Shown: positions 28,670 to 45,172, numbered from the stretch's first letter. The stretch: DNA of 64,000 bases from the human T2T-CHM13v2.0 reference genome, Homo sapiens (GCF_009914755.1 NC_060926.1); one strand, 5' to 3'. Notes: a model not told the origin generated them from the sequence alone. Program-made: numbers and translations.

Positions 28670-29491
28670 CCGTATAGTACACAGCTGTGGTGTGTACTAA
28701 AATGATTGCAAGTGTGTAATTCTCTTTACAAGTGACAAATCTACAAACCTTTTCACTTAGTTGAATAGAGAATTGTCTATGTTTCTTGTGTTGACATGAA
28801 GAGTTTCTATGACCCTGTGTGATACATGGAATCTTCTTAGATTTCTTATCTCAACTGATAATGTTATCAGACTATTACAAGGGCTGGGAAGGAAATAGGC
28901 AGATCCCTTCATATTGAAAAGCCCATTTCCTTTCATGTGGTAATCTAGTCTTTACAAATAGCAAAAACTCCAGAATCAAAACTTTGTTTTTAGAAATTCT
29001 CATGGTTGGAAGAGGAAACATCAAGTCATTTAATATAATAAATTAGTTTCTGCTTGTGAAAAACTGGGGCAAGATATGAAAAATGTCACATGACACTAAG
29101 TGTAATACAATTATTAAATGCACAGAAAAACTGCTTTAGATGTCTTTTTTTAATTTGCTAGTATGTATAAGAAATATCTGGATTGTGTGGCATCCAGCTC
29201 TAGGAAGGAGGGGTTTGTTTTACAGCACAAATGTTCCAGACAACATGAATACATTTGTTCCTCAGCATTTTAGAGGAAAAATACTAAAAACACGTAGGAT
29301 TTTCCTAGATTATTCTCCCCAAAACCAAAAAGTTAAGTTTTTTGATAACTAATGACTCCTAAAAGTAAAAAATTCAAAGAACAAAAAACAAAGCATACTC
29401 ATTCTTCATGGGAAATCAGCAATTTAAAAAAAAAAAAAAAAAAAAAAACTTAGAGAAATTCCCCTGGGTCACACAGATTGCAGCCTATATA

Positions 29492-29780
<289 letters not shown>

Positions 29781-30342
29781 TGCAGCCTAAACTTTCATAC
29801 AGACTACATCGCAAGGAGGCCCAGATGGCAGAAATTAACCTAAAGTGCAGAGTGATTTTATACATATACTGATAAAATTAGCCCAACTAATATAAAAGCC
29901 TTACATTTACAACCAATTTTCAAAACAAGACTCTCATTAACTAATTACGCTTTTTCTTCATTAAAATGTTATTGTGTAATATAAAATTCAAGTATTTCAA
30001 GTATGTGAAAGTATAAAACTTATTTGATTTAAAAAAAAAAAAAAAATCCAAGCCTCTGAATCTTTATTCTGCAGTGGAGCACTTCTGTTGACTGCCAAAA
30101 GGTCCTTGTGGACTGTGGGAAGACAGGGAAGGTTTCCAACAGCTAGACACAATACTGCTAAGGACCTTTAAAAAGGGATTAGTTATTCTAAACAATAAAA
30201 AGGTGGGTGGATAATCTACAACTCCGTGCCTTTAGGCTGCAAGAATTCTGGGAACATAATTTTCTTTGTTTAAAAAAAGCACAAATTATACAAAAAGCTT
30301 CTACTTTGGGAAGACAAGGATATTACAGAGATGCACCTATTA

Positions 30343-30690
<348 letters not shown>

Positions 30691-31865
30691 TTAAAAAAGT
30701 CATTCATCAACTTCAGAGGTTTTAAGGATACCAGCAGTTAAGATTCGTATTAAAAGGGAGAAAAAGCAAGTATTTTTCTTGTGAATTTATTTCATATTGT
30801 TAAGTAAAACAAAAAGAAGCCACAATGTAGAAATGTAGAATGTGAAACAAGTAAAGTATAAAACAATCAAAACAGGATATAAAAGAATCAAAATAATAGG
30901 TACATACATAAAAAATACATGGATATAAAGGTAGAGAGAGGGCAATGTACAGAGAAGACATGGAAAGGATGGCCAATTCACAAAGTTACGTCTGAGATAA
31001 GCGGTTAGGGGGTGGTGGTGGACACAATGACATTTTCATAGTTAGCTAGTATAGTATTACATTGTTTGAATCTTTAGTAATCAGAATATGTCCATTTCAC
31101 TTGTGTAATAATGGAGGAGGAAAAAGCCATACAATATGAAAAGAAATGTAAATGGCTATACATACTTGAAGAAATAATATATGAATCATTACTGAGACGG
31201 AATAAATGCTGAGGTTATACATACTTTTTAAATAGATTCAAAGAATTGTATTGCAAAATTACAAATGTAAGGCAGTTTGACTCTTGGATAGACTACTATA
31301 CAAAGAAACTAATTTCTACTTTCTATCTGTAAAGAAGTGTTCAGAACATAAGAAAATGTTTGTCATATAGAAATAATAGAAAATTCCTTAAGCAAGTGAG
31401 GAAGTCATTTCATTCATGTAATTAATGTTTGTTATAGGTTCTAGAAGCTAATTTTGCAACACTGTCACAATGAAAGGTCACAATATATTGGGAAGGATAG
31501 AAATGAAGTTTGAATTAGGACAAAATTTTGTAACAGATCATGTTATATTGAGTCCATAGAAAATGAAAGCAGTTTTATATTAATAAAAGCTAGTATTTAA
31601 ATGTATGTAAGACTTACACAGTTCCATGGGTGTTGGCTGAGCTACATATCTTTGTTTTGTGCATGTTTCTGTATTATGTTATGATTTACAACAAAATTAA
31701 GTGTGTATTAAGTATGTGAAAGGAACCGTTTTAAAATAAACGAAGGAAAGTTGCTTTTCAACAAATATCCAAAAATAACTACTAATCCAATCTCTTTCAA
31801 GGGCTAAAATCACATCCTAAGAAAGAAATCCACAATGCAAAATATGGATTTTTAAAAAGCATAAT

Positions 31866-32088
31866 GAGGCCAAGGCGGGTGGATCACAAGGTCAGGAGTT
31901 CGAGACCATCCTGGCTAACACAGTGAAAACCTGTCTCTACTAAAAATACAAAAAATTAGCCAGGTGTGGTGGCGGGCGCCTGTAGTCCCAGCTACTGGGA
32001 AGGCTGAGGCAAGAGAATGGCGTGAACCCGGGAGGCGGAGCTTGCAGTGAGCACCACTCACTCCAGCCTGGGCAACACAGCAAGACCC
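31866..32088 (+). mobile_element. Alu (Y-like), truncated at both ends
   Basis: starts at gaggccaaggcggg; ggcgtgaacccgggaggcggagcttgc; no tail. Confidence 0.9.
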
Positions 32089-32539
32089 AATTCATATCTT
32101 ATGTTCCATTTCAAAGCAACTGAGTCCATGTAACAATATTTAAATAGTGGCCCAAGTCTGAAGGCAAAATGCAGAAGGGGATAGCTTGCTTTTTCTTCAG
32201 AAAGGAAAGGATTAGGGCTATCATAACCAGATTATCCATTTATAACACGGCAGAAGGTAGGAAGTATACAAATGTGGTTAAAAAGAATATATACTTCTCT
32301 ATAGGATTCCACTGGCTTCCAGCCTCCTAAGAAGCTAACCACACTCTGCCAACCTCCTCAAACTATTGACTCAAATACAACGCAAGAAGGAATTGGAGAC
32401 AGGTGTCCAATAGGACACATAGAGGAAATTAAGGACAAGAAAATAGTATTAAACTCAGAGACCATATATCCCTAATGGAAATTTTAAGATGAAGCTAAAT
32501 GTATATTTTTTTGTTTCTTTAAAAAAAAAAAAAAAAAAA

Positions 32540-32840
<301 letters not shown>

Positions 32841-34404
32841 TAATAGTAAAAGTTCTTCTGAATAGGAAGAGTAAGTTTGTGTGGCTGGCCACCTCTCACC
32901 TGGCCTTAGACTACCACATACTTACAGTTGTTCTTACCCGCTGCAGTGTTAAGACTTGGTGATGGGGCTGACCCTTTCAGCAGAGCACTACCTTTACATC
33001 TGCAGTGCCTACCACAATGTCTAGCACACAGTAAGGGCTTCATAGTTTTTTTTTTTTTTTTCTGAATCCAAGTTTATATAGTCTTCCATGAGGACTACTT
33101 GAAATAATAAGACATATTTAGACATATAGTCAGTGCTTCTTTTGAACTTGGCACATTAGAATTTCATCATGAAATTGTTTTTAAAAGGAAGAAAAAGTAG
33201 GTAGAGTGGAATGTTAGTGCTCAAACACAGATTATAATTTGCAATTTGAGGACCAACTGCCTAAAATACAGGTTTTTAATTCTATACATTCAATACCAAA
33301 CTCAGCATTGTGTGCAAGAATTTGATCATCGTTCAAGCCAAAGTCTTAAGAATTACACTGTGAAGTATGTATTTCAATACAACCAAAAACTGGAATGTAA
33401 AATTTTAAGCAAGTTTAATTTTATTTACATCATCGAGATGTAAAATAAAGCTTTCAATGGTAATAAATACAAGTTTGAAAAGACAAATAAATCCCCTTAT
33501 TCGTTTGGTGAAGGGAAATTTGCCAAGAGAAAAGAAGAACAATAAATCTAGATAAACATCCATGAAACAAATAGGGAAAGGTCACTGGCTGTTCTAAGTG
33601 TTATTCCTCTCTACCGAAATATCCTAAAAGAAACTGTAAAGCTCCAAATGTGTACACTAGTATAAAAGTACTAGAGCATTGTTTGAAAAGAGAGATCGAA
33701 AGTTTCAGAAATGTCAAATACAAATACTAAGATTTCAGCCTCAAAAAACAGTTAAGGATGTGAATGAAGATTAAGGCACAAAAATGAATAACGTAGTGTT
33801 GTTTTAGAAATGGAAAATGGAAATCTATTCACAAACCCAGTAATAGGAGATGATAGGCTGAATAAATTTTAGTATATCTATGTAGTATATAAGTTATTTG
33901 TAGGTGATTAAATATAGAAAAATGTTTGTAATATATAGCTGACTCAAAAATATATAATGACATTTAAAAAGCTGTTTAACAATGAGTTTGTATATAGATA
34001 TGCAAGATAAGCATCTTTTTGCAAAAAGAAAAAAATCTCTACTTACATGAATGTGTTGGTGGTTACCTATTTATAAAAGTCACCAATAAATTTACCTGAA
34101 GGTTTAAATAAAAAGAACAGAAAGACCGTTCTTACCTCAAAAAGTCCTATTAAATTCTGTGGTTCTGATGAAGGTTTTCGTACTTTCTCATTATTGCAGT
34201 AAGAATGTCAGAAATTATGAAGACATACAGTGTCTAGTGCTACGATATAACATTCTGTGATAAAATTCAATCTAGCCTCTACCTGAGCCTCTGTTGAATG
34301 AAAACTGCCTTCTGACAATCCCTGGAGCTCCCTCAAAACCAAATACTCCTTTCCTGCCACTGCCTTCAACAGAATAAATGAAAGCGTGAAGAATAGTTAA
34401 ATCA

Positions 34405-34581
<177 letters not shown>

Positions 34582-34634
34582 TCAAATTAGCTTTACCAAA
34601 AGGGCAGTTGAACTTCATTTCAAAAGTTAATGGG

Positions 34635-34740
34635 CTGAGCACAACAATATGAATGAACTTAATGCCACTGAACTGTATACTTATACAAGGTTAAATCATA
34701 AATCTTACATTATACTTATTTTACCACAATTTTAAAAAAA
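34635..34740 (+). mobile_element. L1M 3' terminal fragment
   Basis: cacaacaatatgaatgaacttaatgccactgaactgtatactt...ttttaccacaattttaaaa. Confidence 0.7.
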
Positions 34741-35226
34741 TTTGGAGTCAAGAACACAACATGAATAACTAATTCAAAGGTATCTGGGTGGGAGAACTCA
34801 ATGAGTGTATCGTACGTTAACAAAAATACTTCCCCCTCCAAACTTTACACTCTTCTTGCCCTGTGGCTTTTACTTGGCATGGTGCAAACAGGTACCTGCA
34901 CCAGAGGAGGGCAAGCAGAAATTCCAGAGCTCTGGGAAGCAACTCCTTCTTCCACTAAGGACTAATGCAGGCTTGAAGTGCCAAGGACATTAGGTCAGCC
35001 TGCTCCAACCAACTAGTTAAAGATAATATCATCAGGGCCCAGGTTAACAGTTTAGGGTTTCTACTGCACCTCAGGAATAAGAAATAAGCCATTGCTTATC
35101 TGGCAAATGATCGAGATAAACACTGCTTCCACAATGCCCTGTCTCTCGAAGTCCCCAAATCTTCATGTGATACAGAGGACCCTTGCCTTCTACTCACACT
35201 TTTAGGTGATTGAGACATCTGAATCA

Positions 35227-35355
<129 letters not shown>

Positions 35356-35732
35356 TTATTTTTTTCCTCAAAGACAGTTTCTTTTCTTATGAATTTGCTG
35401 CCAAATATATATACTAAACTTATATACTAAACTATATATACTAGTATACAATCTATATACTAAATTTATACTATAACTAATACAAACTATAATTAACCCC
35501 ATAGTTATCAAAGACCTTTAAGTAAGAGTAGAAGAGAGCATAAAACACAAACTATGCTTAACCTCTGCCTAGAAGACGCCGATAATTTCCAAATGCTGCA
35601 CTGCACGTCAAAGTTCATTCCATAAATCTTTAATTAATAAAATGGTTATACTGTCTTTAGTTCAAAAATAAGCGATAAACTAGAAAACGTCAAATAAAAA
35701 GTGTGTGTCAACATTCACATGCATGTGCTCTT

Positions 35733-36008
<276 letters not shown>

Positions 36009-37947
36009 TGCACGTGCTCTTTCTCATTTACACGCTCTCTCTTGAACACACACACATACACTTTATTCCAATAGACTCAGGAGACAAAAATTATCAATGT
36101 TACACAAAGTAACAGTTGTCACAATAATAAACCATTGGCTTTCGTTTTTAAAAGAAAATGCTTTGCGAACTTCACAGTGATAAAAGTACTCTAATGACTT
36201 TTGCCTAGCACCTAAAACTAAATGTTTAAAGAACAAAACAAGCTAAGTACTTTAAAATTGGTTTATAGTCTCAGTTCAATTAAACAACTGAGACATATGT
36301 TATATCCTCAATTAGAAATTACTATCGTTTGGTCAATAAGTCTGGCTTCAAAGCACTTAGTTTACAATTTTGGATACTGGAATAAAAGACAAACCATTTC
36401 AACATAATTCCAAGGATTTGTCACTCTATAGTATTTTCATCATCTGCAAGAGGGCTTCACCATTAAATACTACATTTCAATCACAGCATTATGGTAAGAA
36501 AACTACATACTCATTAGCCCTGGCTGCTCCAGTCTAGAGGAGGTATCTTTACTGCTTTCTCCGCTCACTTCTGTTGATCAAACCAGGTATCCCTTGAATC
36601 TAATCTCTTAAGTCCTCATTATTTTTAATTTTAAAAAATAACATTGTACAACGTTAAATTAAGAACTGAAGTGGAAACTAACATCTTGCAGCTTTGGTGG
36701 GATGACAGAAAAATTGGTAGACTAGAAGTTGGATAGCTTGTTCTCATTTCCTATATCATCCACTTTTTGGGATACAAGAAATCAATGATGAATAAATTAG
36801 TCATTGAAATACAGTCTCAAATACTATTAATATCTACACTCAGGCACAATTTCTTCTCAAGGATTTTTCTTACGTTATTTGTTTTGTTTCACACGCATAA
36901 TACTGAAAATGAAACCAATGTCAATATATACTAAAAGCCCTTGAAAAACTATGAAATAATCCTCTTCAGAACACGGCAAAATGCAAGGGCTACGGTCACT
37001 TACAACTTTCAATATTACTGCTGATCCAAATGCCAACAATCTAAACAGCACAACTTTTATGACATACTCTTTCTGTTTGTGGCTGATTAATCTGCCTGTC
37101 TTTGGCAGGACAGCTGATTTATATGGCAGATCTTCCCATGTTTCATTTTGAAATTGAGAACTGTTTTCATATATAAATCTCAATCATCAAAAGAACATCT
37201 AGGTCAGATTAACTAAATCTCCTAGGCTGCTGTAATGTCAAGATTTCTGGCTTATCTCTTAACATCTTATTGAATTTTAAAAACTGCAAGTTGAAAGCAG
37301 AAATAGAAAATGTAATAAAAACATGGAGAAGAATAGAATTCTAATTGGGATGTTAAATATAACATGAAAAAACAGTTAATGTTAATTAAACTCATATTTA
37401 GTTCTTTCTGTGTTGCCACATACAATCTATCTAATGAACAGTGAGGATACAGTAAGTATTTTTATAGAAACAATTGCATGTTTGTTTCCACCTGAGCTAC
37501 TGTGCTTCAAACCACAACTTTCTGCAGTTGCAATTCACTACTAGGTTTACTTGTATAGGGGAAAAAAAAGTAATCCAAAGTCAAAAATAACTGTCATTAC
37601 TTTAATTTCATTACAACACTCTGATGTAAATTTACCATAAAAAGCTTATCATAAGCTTCTATGTATACTAGTAAAAATAGATATCCAATAATTATTACCT
37701 GTTAGGTAAAAAGAAATGAAAGTTTTTCTACTGCATTTCAAACTCTGTCTCAAGGAAGATTATCCTGAATTTAACTCAAATAGAAATTTTCACCTGTTCT
37801 GATTTTTCTTGCCACTTCTGCTGGAGATGTCAAATGAAAGCAACAACAAAAACCGCCCGCCCTAGCCTCATGTCCCCTAGTTAACATAGTAGGAGGAAAA
37901 ATCATGTGCACAAGGGCTTTAAAGAAGGGACAGACAAAGACAAGAAT

Positions 37948-38116
37948 GCTGGAGAAGGTGGTATGCACCTGTAGTCCCAGCTACTCGGGAGACTGAAATA
38001 GGAGAACTGCTTGAGGCCAGGAGTTCAAGGCTGCGGTGTGTTATGATTGCACCTGTGAACAGCCAATGCACTCCAGTCTGGGCAACACAGTGTGACCCCA
38101 TCTCTTAAAAAAAAAA
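37948..38116 (+). mobile_element. FAM-like fossil Alu monomer (7SL-derived)
   Basis: monomer retaining the 7SL-type segment cacctgtgaacagccaatgcactccag; A tail. Confidence 0.75.
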
Positions 38117-38157
38117 GAAAACAACATCCCCACCCCAACCCAAGTACCGTCCAAGTA

Positions 38158-39007
38158 CAACTGACCCTTGAACAATACAGGGGTTAGAGTTTGACCATCT
38201 GTGCAGTCAAAAATCCACATATAACTTTTAATTTCCCAAAGACTGAACTACTAATAGCCTACTGTTGACTGGAAGTCTTAGCAATAGCAAATAGTCGATT
38301 AACACATATTCTGTATGTTACATGTATTTAATACTATATCATTATAATAAAGTAAGCTACAACAAGAAAATGTTAAGGAAATTGTAAGAAAGAGAAAATA
38401 CATTTACAGTACTGCATTTTTTGATACCGTAAGTTTATGACATCTTTTTACAAGATGAATTTCTATCTGAAATGGCAGGCAACCAGAACTGCAGACCTCA
38501 ATCTACAGTACATAACAAGCAATTCATCCTTTTCTTGAAATGTCACAACTTTACTTCTTAGAAGCACTTCCAGCATCACTAGTGATACTGTGTATGGATG
38601 TCATGGTGTTATTCAAAATAATTACAGTAATACAATAAGTACTGTAGGGAATTTTATGTACTTCGTTACTTCGTATGACTAGTACTTCGTTACTTCTGTT
38701 TACATTTCTCTCAGCTGTGAATGGCAGCATGTATAGTCTATGTGTGTGTAAGTTTTGATAAATGTTAACTTTTAATAATAGATTTGTATACGTTTTATGG
38801 TAGCAAATAAGATAGACTAGAATCTGCCTATATTTTAAGCATTCATGACATACCTTTTTCTTAATTTTTTTCAGTATTTCTAGGCTATGCAGTTCATCTG
38901 TGAGTTTTTTCAAATCTCCAAAAACTTTTCCAGTATATTTACTGAAGAAAAACCTACATGTAAGTGGACCTACACAATCCAAACCTATGTTGTTCAAGGA
39001 TCAACTA
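38158..39007. mobile_element. Tigger2-family non-autonomous DNA transposon
   Basis: TIRs caactgacccttgaacaa / ttgttcaaggatcaacta; TA on both sides. Confidence 0.85.
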
Positions 39008-39285
39008 TATTTATCCCCATAGCTAGCACAGAACAAGGGAGCAAAAAAGGTCTCATGGTACTATTAAGTCTTTTAGCATTTGTCCTTTTCTCTAAAATTT
39101 TCCAAGATAGACTTGAAGACCATGTATAATAAGGAGGAAAATATGGCTGAGCAAGTCCAATTAACAAACTATCATGAACTAAAAAATTATCCACTTGACC
39201 AGGTGTTATAGGAGATACTAAACTAACTCACAAAAGGGGGTATATATTTACATGAGAACTGACATATCCTGAAATTTTGGAGGAC

Positions 39286-39328
39286 AAAACAAAAACAAAC
39301 AAACAAACAAACAAACAAACAAACAAAC
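39286..39328. repeat. (AAAC)n microsatellite
   Basis: read directly. Confidence 0.9.
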
Positions 39329-39739
39329 CCTAGCTCTAAAATCCACTGTCTGTGTATACGATCCACGCTGGCTTATTAAGGAAGGCAAATGGGATAAAAA
39401 TTCCTGAATCAGATCTGGAAAAGAACAAAAGGAAGAGTAACAAAGACTGGGAGATCACTGGAATCCAAGCTTTTGGTCTTAAATCAAAAGCCATCAAAAG
39501 AGAGTTTTTCCCCCACTGAGAAGAGATCAAAATGTACTCCGGCTGCACCGTGATGGAAAGGCAAAACAGCAGATAGGGAGAGAGGGAAAAGTCAAGAAAG
39601 AGGAATTCCGGAGAAAGGGTAAGTTATTTTCGACAGTTCAGATATTGAGGGGTCATGAGATCATGGACGTAGGATGGTACAGAGGAACCAATAGAAAACA
39701 GAAACTCAGGGCCTGGTTTCAAATTCCGTAACTACTATA

Positions 39740-39862
39740 CGTTGAGTATCCCTTATCCAAAACGCTTGGGACCAGAAGCGTTCCAGATTTCAGATTTTTC
39801 TGACTTTTGGAATATCTGTATTATTTACTGGTTGAACATCCCAAATTCGAAAATCCAAAATC
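39740..39862 (+). mobile_element. Tigger4/MER46 (Zombi)-like fragment
   Basis: gttgagtatcccttatccaaaacgcttgggaccagaagcgtt...gaaaatccaaaat. Confidence 0.75.
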
Positions 39863-40494
39863 TTGTAAGCATTATTTTTAATGGCCACATCATTCCATTT
39901 CATAAACAAACTGGAGTTCATTTGCGCCCTTTCTCCTTTGAGAAAAACTTTCACTGTTACAGGTAATAATCATAATTTACATCTTTACCTACTTTGGTTT
40001 TCAGATGATTTACTTAGGATCATTTCTCAAAAGTGGGTCAAATGTCATTACCATTTTGAAAGCCCCTGATACACAAAGACAGTAATGTTGTTATGTCTTT
40101 AAGGATGGGACCTCCTTTATGGTTCCTGGTAGCAGAGCCAGAACTAAAACTCAGGGTTCGTGAGTTCTAGTCCAATACTCCTATTGCTAGAAATTATGGT
40201 AAAAGAAGGTATTTCTCTGTAAACAAACAAACAGAAAAATGACTTCCTTCTTTTAGTCTATGACCTTTTCAGGTACTTCATTTACCTCCCAGGAAGACAG
40301 TGTTGCAGACCATACAAATAAAGTATCACTTTTTGGGTTACTCATTCTTTTTTTTCCAAGACCAGACATTAAATCCAGGGAAAGATTATATATACAAGCA
40401 AAAAAGTTAAATGATGTATGAAATGTTACCATATTAAAGGTTTCTATCAAGAAATATATTATTTAATTTAACTCTTAGCCCTTTGAGTAGTTCT

Positions 40495-40590
40495 GCAATC
40501 ACTTACTAAATGCCTGTCATGTGCCAGGCACTGCTAGGTTCTCAGAACCAACACAAAGATGAGAAAAAAGTTCTGCTTTAAACTTAGCAT
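40495..40590 (-). mobile_element. L2 3' end fragment
   Basis: acttactaaatgcctgtcatgtgccaggcactgctagg. Confidence 0.55.
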
Positions 40591-41377
40591 TTCGTATTCT
40601 AACCTCTTCCCTTGGGTTTGATTCCCAAGAGTTCTTAAGACAGCCTACAGAGGATGTATCTGCAGAAGAGACAGAAGGGTTGACCTCTACACAGTAAAGA
40701 ATGGCATAGAGAAGGAAGGGAATCAAACTAGCATTTATTAAATGTCTGATAATGTACCAGACAATCCAGATGTCATTTTATTAGTGTTATCTAATAAGAG
40801 TTCTGAGAGGCAGAAGAACGATAAAGGGAGGAACCTCTTTGCTGCCTCAGGGCCCTCACACAGGCAGTTCCTTCTGCCTGGAATGCTTTTGTCTCTACTC
40901 TAAGTGCAGACGCACAATTCATCTTTTAATTCTCACCCTAAACACTGCTACACTCAAAATTAAGGTAATGGTGGTGGATTTTTATGACACTTTACTCAGT
41001 CATCTCAAATGCTATGTAAATGACGGAGAGAGACCTGAGTTAACAGAAAATAGGGTGAATTAACATAGGTACAAGATAAATGAAGCTCTTAGATCTGATA
41101 GAGAATCTCCTGTCATGAACCCTTAAAGGTGGCATTGGCAGATTTCTTCATCTGAAACCTCCAGAATGAAGCTCTTTAGCAAAGGTGATTGATAGCATTT
41201 GCATGGCTTCCCAGTTGGACCAGTTTCCCCTTCCCTCCTTCCTTTCCTTCTCAGTCTTTCTCCCTTCCCTTCATTCTAGTCAAAGAGATAGACCTTTAAA
41301 AAGAGAATCTACAGAATGTAGTAATTGCTATAAGATGAAGTGTTGTAGAAAGGACTTTTTTCAGACTAGGTCTTTCT

Positions 41378-41465
41378 GAGGATTGCTTGTGCCCAGGAGA
41401 TCAAGGCTGCAGTAAGCTAAGCCACCACTGTACTACAGCCTGGCTAACAAAGCAAGACCCTGTCT

Positions 41466-41496
<31 letters not shown>
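41378..41496 (+). mobile_element. 5'-truncated Alu right-arm fragment with an A30 tail
   Basis: gaggattgcttgtgcccaggagatcaaggctgcagt...gaccctgtctc followed by A30. Confidence 0.88.
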
Positions 41497-41498
<2 letters not shown>

Positions 41499-42019
41499 CT
41501 GGAGACTGTCAAATATACTACATATAACACATGATACATGTATGCCAATTCATCTTAAAAACAAACAAACAAAAAAACAGGTGATATTTACACATTGAAC
41601 CTTGCCTATATCTTTCTTCATTTAATGAGCTTATGACTGGTTTATCTAATTATTTCCACAACGCTTCAAATACACAGCAGCTCTGTAAATTCAACCATAG
41701 TGAATCTACCCAATGATAAGACACTATTGCTTTTTTTGGGAATGATAAAAATGTTGCTCATGACTTGTAGTATTCTTTCTGTAAAGCTATTCTTCACCCT
41801 TTAAAAAATTTTGTACACACCTACTACGAAAATTCTGTCATCAGCAGACAGCCATTCCTAAATGTGGTTGTACTGTGGCAAAGCTCTAAGTAATTAAGAG
41901 GCAGTCTTCTCTTGCCTATTCATGTGGCAAACATGTACCTTATGCTGAACATCATATTTTGAATTATGTGAGGTAAAGAAGACAACACAATCCCTACCTT
42001 TAAGGGGCAAAGGGAATTA

Positions 42020-42190
42020 ATATTATTGATCACTTACCATAATCCAGGAAACATGCAAGCTGCTTTACATACATTATGTGATTGAATCTTAAAGACAGAT
42101 ATTATGTTCTCTTTTATACATGAGGAAGCTTAGAAAGGTTTAATAACTTGTCCATTATCACATAAGCAGGTAGATGGCAAAACAAGAAAT
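42020..42190 (-). mobile_element. MIR fragment
   Basis: gctttacatacattat...ttttatacatgaggaagcttagaaaggtttaataacttgtcca. Confidence 0.6.
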
Positions 42191-43529
42191 CACTCTTCTG
42201 CCTCTGGCTCTATTACACCTTACTACACAAAGACAGGCACATGCATTCCTCCTGCAGAACCTCTCAGAGCTGAGCTTCATTTCCGCTCTGATCAGTGACC
42301 TGCTAATACTGACACTGTACCTACAGAGGAGCAGAACTCAATAGCCAGACAGCTCTTCTCACATTTGGATTCACTGTACTTTCAGAAGCGAATGTGGAAG
42401 AAAAATTATACCATTTTCTAGAAAATGTAAATGAACCACTTAAGCTACAGAAGCACCTGTCCAAGATAGCACGATAGCATGCCCCACTGTCTGCTGACAA
42501 GTGGGCAGATTGAGTCATAAAATGGAAAGAGAAGAAAGTTCTGAATTGATTTCACAGTCCTCCTTTTCTATACTACACCGTTCTCTTCTTCAAAAAACAT
42601 CAGGAGGAAAAAAATACAGTTTTCTGGGTTGTGTGCCTATATTTTCAGTTTCATGATAAGCAGTCATCAATACACAAATAAAGAGGTCAAACACCACTTT
42701 TGCATCCTGTCCCCTGTATATTTTTGGAAAACGACATTGACCAAAAGCGAAGTATAATCTGAGAAAACCCATGATTACTGATGTATTTATAAGTTAACAG
42801 TTTTAATCACATGAAATAATTTTTCTTAAGGCAATGGGTCCATCTTCTGCGGAATGTTTTGTTTTCTTAGTGGACACAGAATTGTTTAATAGTGAAATTA
42901 ATCACAATTTGGACAGACTTTATAGTTGGCCCTTGACTTATCAATTCCACTAAGCAAAATTTAGTAAAGCCTAGATAAAATATACTAATCCTAAATAGGC
43001 CAGGTTTGTCACCTACCATTTCCCATAAGCTGCTTAGCATAGTGGAAAAAAAAAGAAGAAGAAAATTTAAATTAAATGCCAAACAGTTGCAGACAGCACT
43101 TGTTTGGCTGATTAACTTGTAGACAAGCATTACAAATAAATCTTGAGCATGGTCTGCAGCAAATTAAATTCCACTGCTTTTAAGAACAAAGAATTCTTTG
43201 GCAAAGAGGATTAGCAACTTTACACCCAGGAATGCCAGTTTAATTTAATTGTTCCACAATCCAAGATTTAATATGCAAATATCATTTTGATATATAATAG
43301 TGAATTTAACAAAGTGAGGAAACAAATTTAATATACAACCAGACTGCCTTTTCTGAACTGTAATTATATACAATAAAGAAGCTGGCCGAGATCCCCCTCC
43401 CCCAACATTACTGGGATTGAATTCTATTAACATGAATCAGAACAAGTGTAATTAAAGGTTAAAATTTTTAAATGTATTCTAATTAAGAGTCTAAATAGCT
43501 CTACAATTAGAACACTGTAGTTAAAATCA

Positions 43530-43667
<138 letters not shown>

Positions 43668-44070
43668 TTAGGAGAAAAAAAAACCCAGAAAAACAGTATC
43701 ATATGAAGTTCCAGACAAATACAAGAAAAATTTATTTTAAAAACAAATATTAAGAATAACTTAAAGAATATAGCTATATCGACTAATTAAGTACCTAACA
43801 GAGTAGCTACAAAGAGAACTAGTGAGGATAAGGGTAAAAAAAATCTTCATAAAGGCAGATCACCAAGAATTAGAACACAAAAATAACAGACATTTTTTCA
43901 AAATGAACAGTTACTAAAATCAAGAACATGTATAATATTGGAAATCTACCTGATATTTTTCTTTTAGATTTCACAAGTATAAAGAAAGTTTATCTGAATG
44001 TGCTGGCCTTCTGCTGGTTTCTCTTAACAATACACTAAGATTAAATCAGCAAGAAGGGAAAAAAAAACTA

Positions 44071-44268
<198 letters not shown>

Positions 44269-45172
44269 TTAGTCTCTTAGTAATACTTTAGAGAGATGTT
44301 TAATGACCAGTTAATATGTAAACAACTGAGCTTTACTTAAGGTAGAAAACCACAAAGCTAAAATGGGGGAAAAAAAGAAACAATCTTTATATATAAGTAA
44401 ATGTTCAGAAAACATACATCATCAGCAATCCACTATTTACCCTGCTTCATCTTTTATTATTTCGTGTGTTAAAGGGTACTTTATAAAAAAGTCCAAATAG
44501 ATTAAGGCATTCTCTGATTTTACTGTAAATTCTGACTTTATGTAGAAAGTTGCTGTAAGAATGTATTACTTCTGAAAGCAAGGACTACCGTCAAATACTT
44601 TTTTCCAATCACTTACGTGCCTTTAACAATTGTATCTCAATAATTTCAGATTTGGTAAACGTTATTAAATGTCCACCAATAGCTAATAAGGAATTTTCAA
44701 GAACTTTTTCATCTTTATCATAATATTTTCTGTACTGTCACCTTACTAGCCAAGTAGGAAATAACCTCAAGTTTCATATATATGGGAACTTACTATTATG
44801 AAAACTAGGATATTCGTGTTGGTCAGTGAATTCTAGAAGAATTCTAAATACTTTTTTCATTAAAGGGTAAGCTTTTAAAAATTATTTCCAATTACAAAGT
44901 CAAGCCTTCTTTTATGTGAGAAATTAAAATAAAAAGACACTGTCATTAAATCAGTTTCTTAAACAACAGTGTGGTACTATATTCTTGTGGGTCCTTAAGA
45001 AGTATTTTCCCCCCATAAAAGGACAATTTGCTTTCAATTTACTTTAACCCTGTCTTTATTAAAAGTTTTTTTGTAATTTCTCTCTTACCATACTGAAATA
45101 AAATTCACAGGTAATATAAAAAAAATAAAATAAAAGGACAATGTTAGTATGAGAAATATTTAAGACCTTGCA

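Noticed and set aside
42321-42518. Protein-looking open frames on both strands with splice-like ends
   Set aside because: Not part of LRPPRC (exon 25 joins exon 26 in phase without it), no recognisable homology, and short enough to be chance.
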